Shown: positions 45,487-59,239 of the stretch, one piece after another | How positions within the stretch are numbered: position 1 is the stretch's first letter | How the letters are laid out: each line of letters begins with the position of its first letter | DNA from: the human T2T-CHM13v2.0 reference genome, Homo sapiens | DNA length: 64,000 nt | Assembly: GCF_009914755.1 (NCBI RefSeq) | Contig: NC_060931.1 | Reading direction: 5' to 3' (one strand) | Translations under genes and position numbers: made by a program | Notes under the pieces: model-generated | The model's database searches: none | What the model saw: only the letters and a program-made list of their open reading frames with translations | What the model was told of the DNA's origin: nothing

Positions 45487-47021
45487 ACAATGAGAACACA
45501 TGGACACAGGAAGGGGAACATCACACTCTGGGGACTATTGTGGCGTGGGGGGAGGGGGGAGGGATGGCATTAGGAGATATACCTAATGCTAAATGACGTG
45601 TTAATGGGTGCAGCACACCAGCATGGCACATGTATACATATGTAACTAACCTGCACATTGTGCACATGTACCCTAAAACTTAAAGTATAATAATAATAAA
45701 ATAAAAAATAATTTTAAAAAAAGAAAAAGAATATCTAGAAACTTAATATGTATATACTTATACATCCAAATGTAGTCCCTGATTGCTAAAGAAATAGAGT
45801 GATGTAGAGAATGATTTCCTAGAGAAGGTAAAAGAAATTTTCCAAAAACGAAGATTCGCATTGGTAGAAAAGCTGGGGGTACAGATTTCTATAGAGAACA
45901 GTCAGCTTAGCAGAATGAAGGAAGACATAAGAAGCACTTCCATTTGATAACAGGGACCTCTAAAATAGGGTCAGGGAGGAGTGTGTCAGGAGTAGCGGGA
46001 AAATGAGATGCTGAGAGAACCCCATTCAGGACTCAGAGGGGAGTGTGAGGCCAAAGACTCTCCCTCCTCTCCCCGAACTCCCACCCCTATAACATCAACA
46101 AAAAATCACTCGGAGACTTCATTCAGACTATATCCTCACACAAGTCTACCACCCTCTTCCCCAAAGAGAACTAGAAGTTTAAATATATAGCAGAAAGACA
46201 GCTGGGAAATCAGATGCTTGAAGAATGGCTTTGGGTAGACCATGCTTTTTGACAACAGGAAAAAGCCCACAGGATAGCTAAAGAAGATTGGGTGACTAGA
46301 GAGGCACACAGTCAGAGAAACAAAGCAAACAGTTAACAGACATAGTCATGGTTTAAATCACTTTCTTGCAATCTTATAAAATACCTTTTTTTTTTTTTTC
46401 TCAATGGCTGAAACAATTGTCTTCACTAGCGAGGGTGACAGGATGGAAATGTAACCACACAAGGAAAACTGAGTGGATTCTGGCAGATTTCAAATTCCCT
46501 TTTCAATAATCATTGGCACTTTGCATTGTCAGGAGAAAAGCTGGAACCTGCATTATTAAATAGTATTTTGTTCCCTTGCCAAAGAATGTGGAAGCTGCCT
46601 GCCTGCAATATTTATACACTTGCAAAGTGGATTTTAGTGTTTTTCAAAAAGTGGGTCTGTGGCAAGGTGTGGCAACAGAAACTCCATTTGTCATCCCAAA
46701 GAGAAACAATATACTGGAATTCATAAGCAGAAATCCCTACAGGAACTCCTTAGAGAGCAGGGCACAGGTATCTCCAAAATACTTTCCAAAATTTAAAGGT
46801 GGTGTTTTTAATTTTTCCTCCTGTGTTTCATTGCTTAGTGTTCTCTCCTGGCTCAGAAGCCTGTAAATGTCCAGAGCAGAAGAGGCCTTAGAAGGCAGCC
46901 AAGCTCAGCCTGCTCCAGGGGGAAACCCAGGCCTGATGCAAGTGACTCCAAACCATGGCTTTTGGCAATTGCCAACCCTACCACCCATTCGAAAGTTGCA
47001 ATTACTCAGAATGATACAAGT

Positions 47022-47412
47022 TGATACGGTTTGGATCCGTGTCCCCACCAAATCTCATGTTGAATTGTAATCCCCAGTGATGGAGGAGGGGTCTGATGGG
47101 AGGTGATTGGATCATGGGTGTGGATTTCCCCTGCGGTGTTCTCACGATAGTGAGTGAGTCTTCACGAGATCTGGTTGTTTAAAAGTATGTGGGGCACCTC
47201 CCCCTTTGCTTTCTCTTCCTCCTGCTCCAGCCATGTAGGATGTGCCTGCTTCCCCTTCGCCTTCTGCCATGATTGTAAGTTTCCTGAGGCCTCCCCATCG
47301 ATGCGTCCTGTATAGCCTGTGGAACCATGAGCCAATGAAACCTCTTTTCTTTACAAATTACCCAGTCTCAGGTAATTCTGTATAGCAATGTGAGAATGGA
47401 TGGACTAATACA
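47022..47412 (+). mobile_element. MSTA-like MaLR solo LTR
   Basis: TGATACGGTTTGG...GACTAATACA termini with a perfect 5-bp TSD CAAGT (47017-47021, 47413-47417). Confidence 0.9.
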
Positions 47413-47649
47413 CAAGTCATTCTGTGTCCATTGGGCTGTAACCTGCAGGAAATGTGTATTTCAAGTAATCCTAGAGAACAATAGGCTTTAATCATCCCAA
47501 AAGCCCATGCAAATGAGACATATGAGGTCTATTTATAAAAAAATCTATATGCCCATTTTTTGGCTGTCTGACATTGATGGTTGCTCTCACTCTCTCTTGC
47601 ACACTTCATCTCTTCCTGTCTCTTTCTTTTGTTGATGTTTGTAAGCAAA

Positions 47650-47830
47650 CTGTATGCTAGGTCTTTGCCTATATTACCTAATTTAATCCTCACAATAAGC
47701 CTATTAGATATATACTCTTATTATTATCATCCTCATTTTCAGGATGAAGAAATTGAGGTTTAATGACATTAAGTAATTTGCTGAAGACCTCATGGCTAAT
47801 ATGGAATAAAACCAGCATGTAGAACCAGGA
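47650..47830 (-). mobile_element. MIR
   Basis: tttaatcctcacaataagcct...cattttcaggatgaagaaattgagg...aagtaatttgc core. Confidence 0.7.
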
Positions 47831-48959
47831 TGTGAAATATTTATGAGATATGAGAAAGCCTGTCTCTTTAGCAGGGTACTACCTTGCCTGCTCATCTGGT
47901 TGTATAGACTGTCAAACAATACTATGGGGTCATTAGGTAGTAATACAAGGTCCTTCCTTCCCAATATTTCCCTGGTAAGGCCAAAGGGATGTAGTTTTAG
48001 TGGTCTCCATATCCCATACTCTTGTGGCTCTGATGAGGGAAGTTGTAGAAAATCAAGTTGCTCTGCTGGGTGAAGGAAAGGCTTCAGCAATGAACTTCTG
48101 GAAAGTATTATGTGAAGTTGTGCTTGCTTGGGAATGGATGTTACAGGATGCTAAGAAAGTCACACCCTAAGATTTAGGGCACCCAAAATGAACCCAGAAA
48201 TTGAGGATTGACATAACAAGTCTGGCAAAACAAGGAAGCATTTAGTTGACTTAATTAGCTTGTAAGATGGCTGGACTGGTGAATATTTTAACAGCTTTAT
48301 CCAGGACAGTCCAGACCTAAGCAGCTATAATTGACAGGTTGGGCAAACAAAAATGCAAACAAAAAATGCATTCAAAGCACTACAGCATACAGGTTAAAGT
48401 AACATATCTAAGACTAACCTTCTAGGAATCAAATGAAACAGTGACAACACATTCTAATATTTTGCAACTGGTAATGATGATAAGATATGTTTAGGGTAAG
48501 TCCATAATTCAGGGAAACCATTCACCAGCCAGTCCTTTGCAAGAGGAGGCCACCAAAACGATAAAACAAGCTCTAGGTAGAGGAGAAGACTTTTGATTAA
48601 ATATTGGGATTTCTAGTCAAATTAAAAACAAATATAGTAACAATTAGCCTCACATGAGAATTATATTATAATAACTTTCAGTGTACCAACCCAGCCCCTT
48701 GGTTTCACTGGGTGTTAATATAACCCAGATCATATAATTTCATACAGTAGAAATCATAAACAAAGTAAACTTTTAACAATAGGCACAATTCAATTTTTTG
48801 TTTCTGCTATCATAGAATATTACACAAAGACCAGAGTCAGAGATTTCTCATTTCCTAAATAACTGTATTGACTTATCTGTGGAAATGAAATCTATGATCT
48901 CTTCACTTGTTGCCAGACACATCACCTTGTCTGATGGCCCCTTCTCATCTTTCCACTTA

Positions 48960-49276
<317 letters not shown>

Positions 49277-49352
49277 CTAGGACTTGGACACCAGCTCTCT
49301 TCCTTTTTCTAACTCCTTTTTTCCCGTTACTTTTTTATTTTACAATGTGTTA

Positions 49353-49753
<401 letters not shown>

Positions 49754-50886
49754 TCATCTTCTCCAGCCACTTACAATCAACCTTCAAAAGACAACTAGAT
49801 AATTATCACCAACAAAGCATTCCAGAAAAACCAGAACAATCAAAAGGATTACATGGTTACAATCAATAGTGAGATTTAGTAAAGGTAAATGACAGATAAT
49901 AGTAGGGTCAGGACACATAGAAAGCAATATAACCAGATTTTGGAAAGCCCAGGGGGGTTTGTTTTGTTTTGTTTTGTTCTGTTTTTTAATCAGCAGTGAA
50001 TTATCTATTTTCCTAGGATTTGTGAAAGAAGGCTAACTAAGAAAAAATATGCTATCATTTTTATTCTTTTCCTTTCAAAACACAGTCTATAGGGAACACC
50101 CACTGAGACTACCACAAAAGGCCATCTTTTCAGCACATAGTAACTGAATCTCTGGAAAAAGACCAGGAGTGACCTATCTTCTACAACAGGGAAGAATATT
50201 AATGAGGCTGCAATGGGATTCAAAGATGTGTAATGAAAGTTTCTGTTTGCCAACACCACATACTGCAGCAAATTTAACAGTAAGACTTGTATAGAGAGAA
50301 TCAGTTCTGTGCCAGGGCACAGCACAGAATAGGGCAATGTCTCTATTCACTGAGTTTATAGTCAAATAAGAAGAGCAACATTACCCATGAGGAAAGAAAA
50401 TTGGAACACACTCAAAAAAACAAAACAGGCAATAAGGAAGGAGAAATCATGGGCATTTAAGTTGTCAGGAAAATTCATCTTTGTTTGTCCTTAGCGTCTA
50501 TAGAGGTGGTTCCAAGACACGGAAATTAATGAGCATTGAGGTGAGACCTGCATGAAGGACAATGAAGGTGCCTGCCAGAGAGATGGTAGGAGGTGACAGA
50601 AAGCTTATGGCTAAATAAAGACAAGAAAGGCGAGGTCTAGAGAGGGTCCCGCAAGCAGAGTAGAAGTAACTCTCTAAAGCTCGAAAGCAACATGAGCTAA
50701 AGCGGGAAGAGAAAGAGCCTCAAAAATGAGCACTGTTTTTTACAACGGGGATTCTATAGGAAAAATCTGATATGGGGCAAAAAAAAGGACACTCTAGCAA
50801 CTTTATATTTATGATAGCCCAAAGTCATTGCAAAGTGATGTACTGTGACGCTCAGTACAGTAGGCTCTACCTAGCAATGCAATTAA

Positions 50887-51211
<325 letters not shown>

Positions 51212-51739
51212 AGTATCTAACTTTCTTAATCTTCTTTACTCGTAGTCATCATGGTCATAATAATTATCTTCCTACTTGTGATATCTCTTTAAGGGAATAG
51301 CTACCTTTTGAGAACTCTACTATTTAAAAAAATGAATGTTATTGACAGGAGATTGGAACCCTATTTTCTTGATTATGAAGTATGGGGCTACAAGAAGTGG
51401 ATCCAAAATATATCTTTGAATGTTTTTCTGTGTCAAGGGTTTTTCTTACTTACATGAATAAAAAATTCCCATCTTTAATAATCACTTTCTACCCAATAAA
51501 AAGACCTCATACAATTATGAGGTCTTTATTTAACAAATAATATCATGATTTCCTATTACACCAGCTCAAATTTCAGCAATGCTATTGACAGACAGTACAG
51601 AGAAATGGTTAAGAAAAGGATCTGGATCCAGATCACCTGAGTTCACATCCTAGTTCTACCTTTTACTCAATAGGCATGTTTTCTCATCTGTAAAATGAAA
51701 ATAATAGTAGTATATACAAGATATTCCAGAAATAGGTAG

Positions 51740-54350
51740 CTCAAGTATTGTACAAAGCCTTCCAGAGATTATAAAAGAGGAAACCCTTCCTAATTCATTT
51801 TAAGCTATGAATATCATATACATACTACATAATAGAAAGCAAAATTAAAGACTAATCACACTTATGAACATGGATGTAAATATCTAAACAAAATATTAGC
51901 AAATCAAATCTAGCAATGTATAAAGGCGGTAAATATAAGAACCAATCTGAGTTCTTCTCATAAATACGATATTGATTTCTATTTAAAAATCAATTAGTAA
52001 AATGCACCATATTAACAGACCAAGGGGAAAAAAATTGTCATCTCTCAAGATGAAGAAAAGAGTATTAAATAAAATTCAACATCTGTTGAATTTAACAAAT
52101 TAGAGCGAAGGAAAAGATCCTTATAAGAAATATCCACAAAACAAGTACTGTCACCTGCATCATGACCACCTGGCAGTGAACTTCTTACTTAATTGTGACT
52201 TGTGGATGGCACTCACTTTGGGATCAGGAACAAGTCAATGATGCTGACTATCTCTGTTACTAGTCAATACTGCACTGAAGGTTTTAACCAGTGCAGAAAG
52301 CACCAGAAATATGTATACAAAGCATAATGATTGGAAAGGACGAAACAAAATTCTTTGTAGATGAGATTGCCTATATAGAATTCTCTTCCCACAAAAAGAC
52401 GCTTCAGATAAGATTTATGAATTTAAAACTTTAGCAGGAATATTGATAAAGAAACAAGATTTTAAAATTCAACTGCATTTCAATATGCCAGCAAAGACTA
52501 CTTAGAAAACATAATTTTAAAAATACAACATACAAATTGTCACTAAAAATATAAAGTACCTAGGAATATATTTAACACAAAAATGACCAAATCCTTCATG
52601 AAGGAAATTATAAAACTCTATTCATAGCCATTTGAAAAAGCCAATTAAATGTCAAGAGATGTGGCTTGGAATAGAATGATGCATTATCATAGAAATATCA
52701 ATTTTCTTTATACAAATTTATAGATTCATGCAATTTTCATAAAAAATTTCACCACAAAATTTGATACGCTAATTTTATAATTTATATGAAACAGGCAAAA
52801 CTCAATTATAACCAAGTCACTCCCAAAGGACAAATTACAGGATATATCCTCCAACAGATATCTGGACTCATACCAAAGTTATAACAACTAAAACAATAGC
52901 ACAGGGATAGATATATTCATCAATATAACAGAAAATAGAACCTAGAGACTCACATTTACAGGGAGACGACAGACTTTGTAAGTCAGTGAAGAAAATGAAT
53001 GAAAATGAAATAGCTAGTTATGTATATGAACAGAATCAAAATTAAATTTGACCTTTATCTCTTACCAAACCACAAAAATCAATTCCAAGTTATCAAATAT
53101 TAAAGAAAGCATTCTAAAAATTTTACAAGACAATATCTTTATGATTATGCTTTGAAAGATTTCTTTAAAAAATACCAAAGGCATAAACCATAGAGAAAAC
53201 ATTAATGATTTTACTGCAGTAAAATAAAGAATATCCATCTATTCATCAGATGACATCAAAAAGAGCTCGAACAGATAAGCCACAAACTGGAGAAAATTTG
53301 CAACACACATAGGAAACAAAATAATTTTTACATAGAATACATTAAAAAGTTCATAAATCATTAAGAAGAACACAACCAACCAGGTGGGGAAAAGTGAGTA
53401 AAAGAAATAAAAAGACCTTTCATAGAAGAGTAAACACAAATGGCCCATAAGTATATGAAAAGATGTTTGATCTCATGTGTAATCATTGACTACAAATTAA
53501 AATCACATTGAGATGCCATTTCATACTTTCACAAGACTAGCAAACATTTTTAAATTAGTTAATATCAAGTGTTGGTGAGGATGTAGATCAATGGGAACTC
53601 TTATCCACTGAAGTTGGGAGTGTATATTAAAATGATCACTCTGGAAAACAACATGTTATAATGCTATAAGTTAAATATGTGTATAATCTACCACCTAACT
53701 TAAGCTATTCCCAGGTTTAAGCGCATGGATACGAGGAAGAGTTACAAAAAAGAGAATGTTCATAGTAATATTGTTTGCAAGAGCAAAACAAAAACAAACC
53801 CCCAAGAAACCTGTTATTTATGTAAATATTCATTAGCAGATTGGATATATAAATTGGTATATACTCATACAATAGAGTAGTATACAACATGAACTATTGA
53901 TGAAATGCATATGGCACTCATCCATAAGGATGAATCACAAAAATTATTCTTTTGAACAAAAGAAACAAATAACAACATGATTCAATTTGTACAAATTCAA
54001 AATACATAAAACTATGTACACACACACATATACACACATATAGGAATACATATATGAGTTATATATCCACGTATCCATTCATATGTAAGATATGCATATA
54101 TGTAGTAAAACAAGAAGAAACAAGGACATGATTAACAAAAAGGCAGAATAGTAGTTATTTCTGAAGGAGAGGGAAGGGGACATAATTAGGGAAGCAAATG
54201 ACATGAAGCTCCCAAATTCCTACAAATGTTTTACTTCTTAGTCTGAGGGCCAAGTACACAGTAGTTCGTTTTGCTTATTATTTAAACTGAGCAGATAACA
54301 TTTTATATATTTTATGAATAGTATCTATTTCAGTAATATACATGAAAGAA
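51740..54350 (+). mobile_element. Ancient L1M fragment (degraded ORF2 3' half and 3' UTR)
   Basis: Diverged L1 ORF2 landmarks (cttcctaattcatttt, aaaatattagcaaatcaaatc, aaagtacctaggaata, aagtgttggtgaggatgtaga). Boundaries approximate. Confidence 0.75.
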
Positions 54351-54425
54351 AAGTGAATTGATGAGGTACAGCCATTGATGCCTCAAAGAGTTTGGGCCAC
54401 GCCACAGTGTGTTTCACTGCATAAC

Positions 54426-54782
54426 TGTATTAATCCATTCTCATGTTGCTAATAAAGACATACTCAAGACTGCATAATTTATAAAGGAAAGAGGTTTAAT
54501 GGACTCACAGTTCCATATGGCTGGGGAGGCCTCACAATCATGGCGGAAGACGAAGGAAGAACAAAGGGATGTCTTACATGGTGGCAGGCAAGAGAGAGCT
54601 TGTGCAGGGGAACTCCCATTTACAAAACCATCAGATCTCATGAGACTTATTCACTATCACGAAAACAGTATGGGGGAAACTGCTCCATGATTCAATTATC
54701 TCTACCTGGCCCCATCCTTGACACATGGGGATTATTACAATTCAAGGTGAGATTTAGGTGGGGACACAGCCAAACCATATCA
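54426..54782 (-). mobile_element. THE1 MaLR solo LTR (THE1B-like), same orientation as DGKI
   Basis: Reverse of TGATATGGTTTGGCTGTGTCCCC...AATACA. Near-TSD ATAAC/GTAAC. Confidence 0.9.
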
Positions 54783-55669
54783 GTAACCTACTGCCAAGTA
54801 CAGCCGTCTCCAAGCCTGACAGTGGATTCATTATTGAACACTTTACACTAGTGATTGTGGTTGTGACAATTTTATTTCCAAATAGCCATTACTGCAATTC
54901 ATGTCCACTATGTTACTGCTGCAACAAAAAAGCTGCCCTAGAATGTGACGGCCATAGTTGACAACAGGTCTAAGAGGTAGGACAGGAGAGGGATGCCTGC
55001 CTCAGATGTTCCAGTGGGGCATGCAGCAGATTGCTGGCACTTTCTTTGAGAAGCCACTAATGCCTTTTATTTTGTAAATGAACAGACATTAGTTGGAAGA
55101 TGACCTGCCCTGAGTGTGCTGGCACAGGTAGCAGCAGTAAGTGAAGCAGCGGTAAGCGCAGCATTCCAAGGAGCCTGTAAAATAAGCAGGCTAAGGTGAC
55201 AGAAAGGAAGATGAGTTCTCAGAGCCAGGGAAGCAGCCTGGGCCCAGGAGATGGCTCCAGGAGCAATTTAAATGACGAAGTGATAGGCATTCAATACAGA
55301 GGAAATGCAGAGGACAGTGCAATCAATCACTGCCAAGCTTATCTTCTAACAAGGAGTAGGGCTCCAGTTTCCAGATGTAACATTAAAACTTAATGTTTCC
55401 ACTGGGGTTTAGCATGGCAGGTTTCCCTGAAACTTCAGTTTCACTCAGTTAACTAATTATGAGAAAATGTGACATTGGTATTTCCTTTTTCTACAGGGAC
55501 AAATCATTACCAGCAGGAGGGAGAAGTTGTTATTTTTGTTCTGCTCTGTTTTGTCATTAAAAAGAAATTAACTTACACAGTAGTAAATATACTCTTGTTA
55601 GAGGAGGGAAGAATTATCTCCATAGTTCTATCCATTCAATCATGTCTTTGGTTTTCCAGGGACATGGCC

Positions 55670-55910
55670 GATAAAAGAGAGTTAAGAGTTTGATTGTTAG
55701 AATTGGGTCTGAAAATTAACTCTCTCACCTACTAGCTATGTGACCTTAAGCAAGTTATTTAAGCACTCTGAGCCTGCTTTTGCAGCTGTGAAACTGGGGG
55801 TGATACATTGACTACAGAGTGTTATTTGTGAAAGATGAAAGGACATAAGGCAGTTGGAGCATGCGAGCACAGTGCTTCTGCATAATAAGCACTCAATACA
55901 ATTTAGCCTT
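55670..55910 (+). mobile_element. MIR
   Basis: tagctatgtgaccttaagcaagttatttaagcactctgagcct...gcataataagcactcaata. Confidence 0.7.
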
Positions 55911-56260
55911 TATTCTTAGTGACCCTGATGCGCTATTATATAAATATAGAAACAGTTTATGTGTCATTTAGACCTTGTGTTGCCAATTCTATATGACCAC
56001 ACATCTAATCATCAACTGAGCCTTTACTCTGGCACTATAAGCTAAATGGTGTATTAAACATTTTACTCCTCCTCACCCTGATGTAATAAAAGGTTTCCAG
56101 AGAAAATTTAATGATAATGAAAAAAACGGTTATTCTCTCCCGTCCTCTTTAAACTTTTCAAGGGCGGAACATAATCCCGAGCAAACATCACAGATAAACT
56201 TGTGCTTCCTCTTCTACTGCCTGGATGCTAGCGAATAATACTATGTTTGGGGTGCTTTTA

Positions 56261-56593
<333 letters not shown>

Positions 56594-59213
56594 TCACAAA
56601 TGATTTCTCAATTGAACTTGCTACAATCCCATGAGGTACGCAGTTTATGATTAGCTCCATTTTACAGACAAGGAAAAGAAAACAAACAAGATAAGGTAAA
56701 GGACAAAGCCACTGTATTTAAGCTCTCTATGCAAGAGTACCATGGGAATGAAAAATACCAGGGTTATTGGACGTTGCAAAATTAGATTTTTCCAAGAATA
56801 AGTTCTTGTCTTAGAGCCAAAGTGACTAGTTATTACAGAGGGAGGACTATTTGAGGAAAGCAAACAAAATAGAAAATCAAGAGACGTAAGGTTTTATATT
56901 CCAATTTCACAATCCATGTGTCCAACATGCCTTAAATTTTCTACCAATAAATTTGAGAAAGACAAATTGCTACTTCTCACCTCTCCTACAAGTGTGTTGC
57001 AATGCCATTATTGTGTACAAATAATATGTAAGATTGATGCTATAACATTCAAGAGGTTTTATACTAGCCATAGTACACATGAGCTCTTAAAAATGTATAA
57101 AAAGAAGGAAATATATTTTGAGTGGTGGATAGAAAATTCTGGTAATAAAGAAAAAAGCTTTTTTTCAAGAATATATGGGCTAGAAAATGATGAACAATTA
57201 CATAGGATTAGGTAAATCATCACTATAATTTTGCATTATGTACTTGAACTATTTTTGGAAGTCACAGAAACAAACTAAGAGGTATGAACATGTAAGAAAT
57301 TTTTTGAAGCCATGAAATTATAATGGCCCTCTAATTTCAATAATGTTTCTTCAACTAATCACATATAAGGTTCTTAAAATAATCAATTCTGAAGTGCTCT
57401 TAATCTTCCAAGCAAGTCTTTCTGTCAGTAGTCACCCTTTAGGACTTCAAAGGACCCTGACATATGCCCCCTATTATTTCATAACCACTTAAGAAGTCCT
57501 AGTGGATTATCAAATTATAATTCACAAGTTTCCCTCACCCACCATTTTTGTCTGAATGAGGAATAAATTCTCATAGACAGGAAGGCAAAGACAACCAAAA
57601 GTCATTAAAGGGAATCCTAGTTCAAAATAAAAACCAAACACAAGCTTCTAGTTTATAATGTGAACATGGAAGCCCAAGGGCCTATATAAATGGGCAAACA
57701 CCTAGTAATACCAACAGCAATCAGCAAAATAGCACATAATAGCAGGTTACCATTAGGTGGTCAATTGCCTGATCCTGACTTAATGGGCCTGAACATAATT
57801 TTCCCTATGATTCTTCATAGAGAATAACACAACTTCATTCCAGTACTAAGTCAGATTTCACAATGTGGCAGTAGAAGAGGCCAGCCTAAAACTCCTTCTC
57901 CCTTTTCTTAATTCATTCATTTAATAAACACTTTTTCCTTGTTTGCTCTTCGTTGGAAACTATATCAAAGAACTCATAGTCTAATAGGGAAAACAGGTAA
58001 ATAAAGCATGAAATTTGCGCATTAAGCCCTAGAATGTAGAAAAATATTAGGCACAACGATAAGCAGATCAGCAAGCCCTTACAGAGGATGAGGTGAGGTG
58101 CATAGAAACCATCTATATGGCAAAAGAAGTAGCATCCTGTCAGAGAGAACAGTATGGAGAAAAGCAGGGAGATGGCAGAAAAGATGGTGAGCTCCAGAAA
58201 TTTGATGTAGAATTAGATGTATTGTCACATGGCTGGAAAACAGATCATGGGTAGGAGAAGGGAAAAGATGGTAAATGAAGCAATAAGCAGTGGAGGAAGA
58301 CAAAGATTCCATCATTTAGTGCTTACTAGTCCATGCTAAAATACAATATTGAAAAGCTGAACACAATTATTGGTCGGCTGGAAAGATTTCATTCTAGAGG
58401 CCATCGGAGCAGATTTTTACTATGGAACGATCATTTTGGTGCTAGCCCGGTATACAGTGTACTAGGGAAAAGAAATATAGAGGTATGGATACCAATTATG
58501 AGAGAATTTCCAAAGTCCAAGTAAGATACAAAGGGGCCCCAAACCAAAGTTCCATATAGCATATTTGTAAAACATAACTACATAGCATAACTGATCATTG
58601 TAGACACTTAACACTTTTGTGACTGATTGGATAAATGAACAACTCCAAAGGTGAGATGGAACAAAATGAGATATTTTCTCTTTTGAGTGAATTAGCTGTC
58701 TCTTAAAATGCAAACAATTCATCTCAACTGGGTAACAACAAATACCACTGACTGCTTGCCTTCCTTTCAGATTTAGAGTGCTCTTCACAAATGAGTGATT
58801 GGAACATGATCCCAATGTCCATTCTGGAAGGGACTGTAGGGAATATCTACCACAAACTACCACAAAAATTTTTATCATTTTAAGGATAAAAATCTGAGTC
58901 ATAAAAAGCACAGGACTAGTCCAAAACCACAAAACCACAAAAAGTTTCTGCTGATGGGACTGAAATCAGGCAGAATAAATTAAGGCTTCACAATATTCGT
59001 CAACCAGACGGGTTGGAACAGATTTGAAAGATATCAAATTCAGCTAGGGTGATTTAAGTTTTTAAAAGTGTTTGACATTTCACATTCAAAAACCACAAAG
59101 CCAATATCTTAGAGACATTTGCTTAAACAATTATTTGCTCTGACAATGAACTGCAAAGACCAGGGGTCAAGTTTCAATCCTGAATTGGTATAAATAAGAC
59201 AGATGATTCTTAC

Positions 59214-59239
59214 CATGATCTTCTGAAGAGACTGGTGAC
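59214..59239 (-). CDS. DGKI: DGKI 26-nt microexon: (Q)SPVSSEDH(A)
   Basis: Acceptor tttccttttAG at 59241-59240, donor ATG|GTAAGA. Phase 2 to 1, joins in frame to the 38-nt exon and matches the recalled DGKI peptide. The upstream exon was not found in the window. Confidence 0.92.

Noticed and set aside
45690-45730. L1 3' transduction
   Set aside because: The TSD follows a short A-rich tail directly, leaving no room for transduced sequence.
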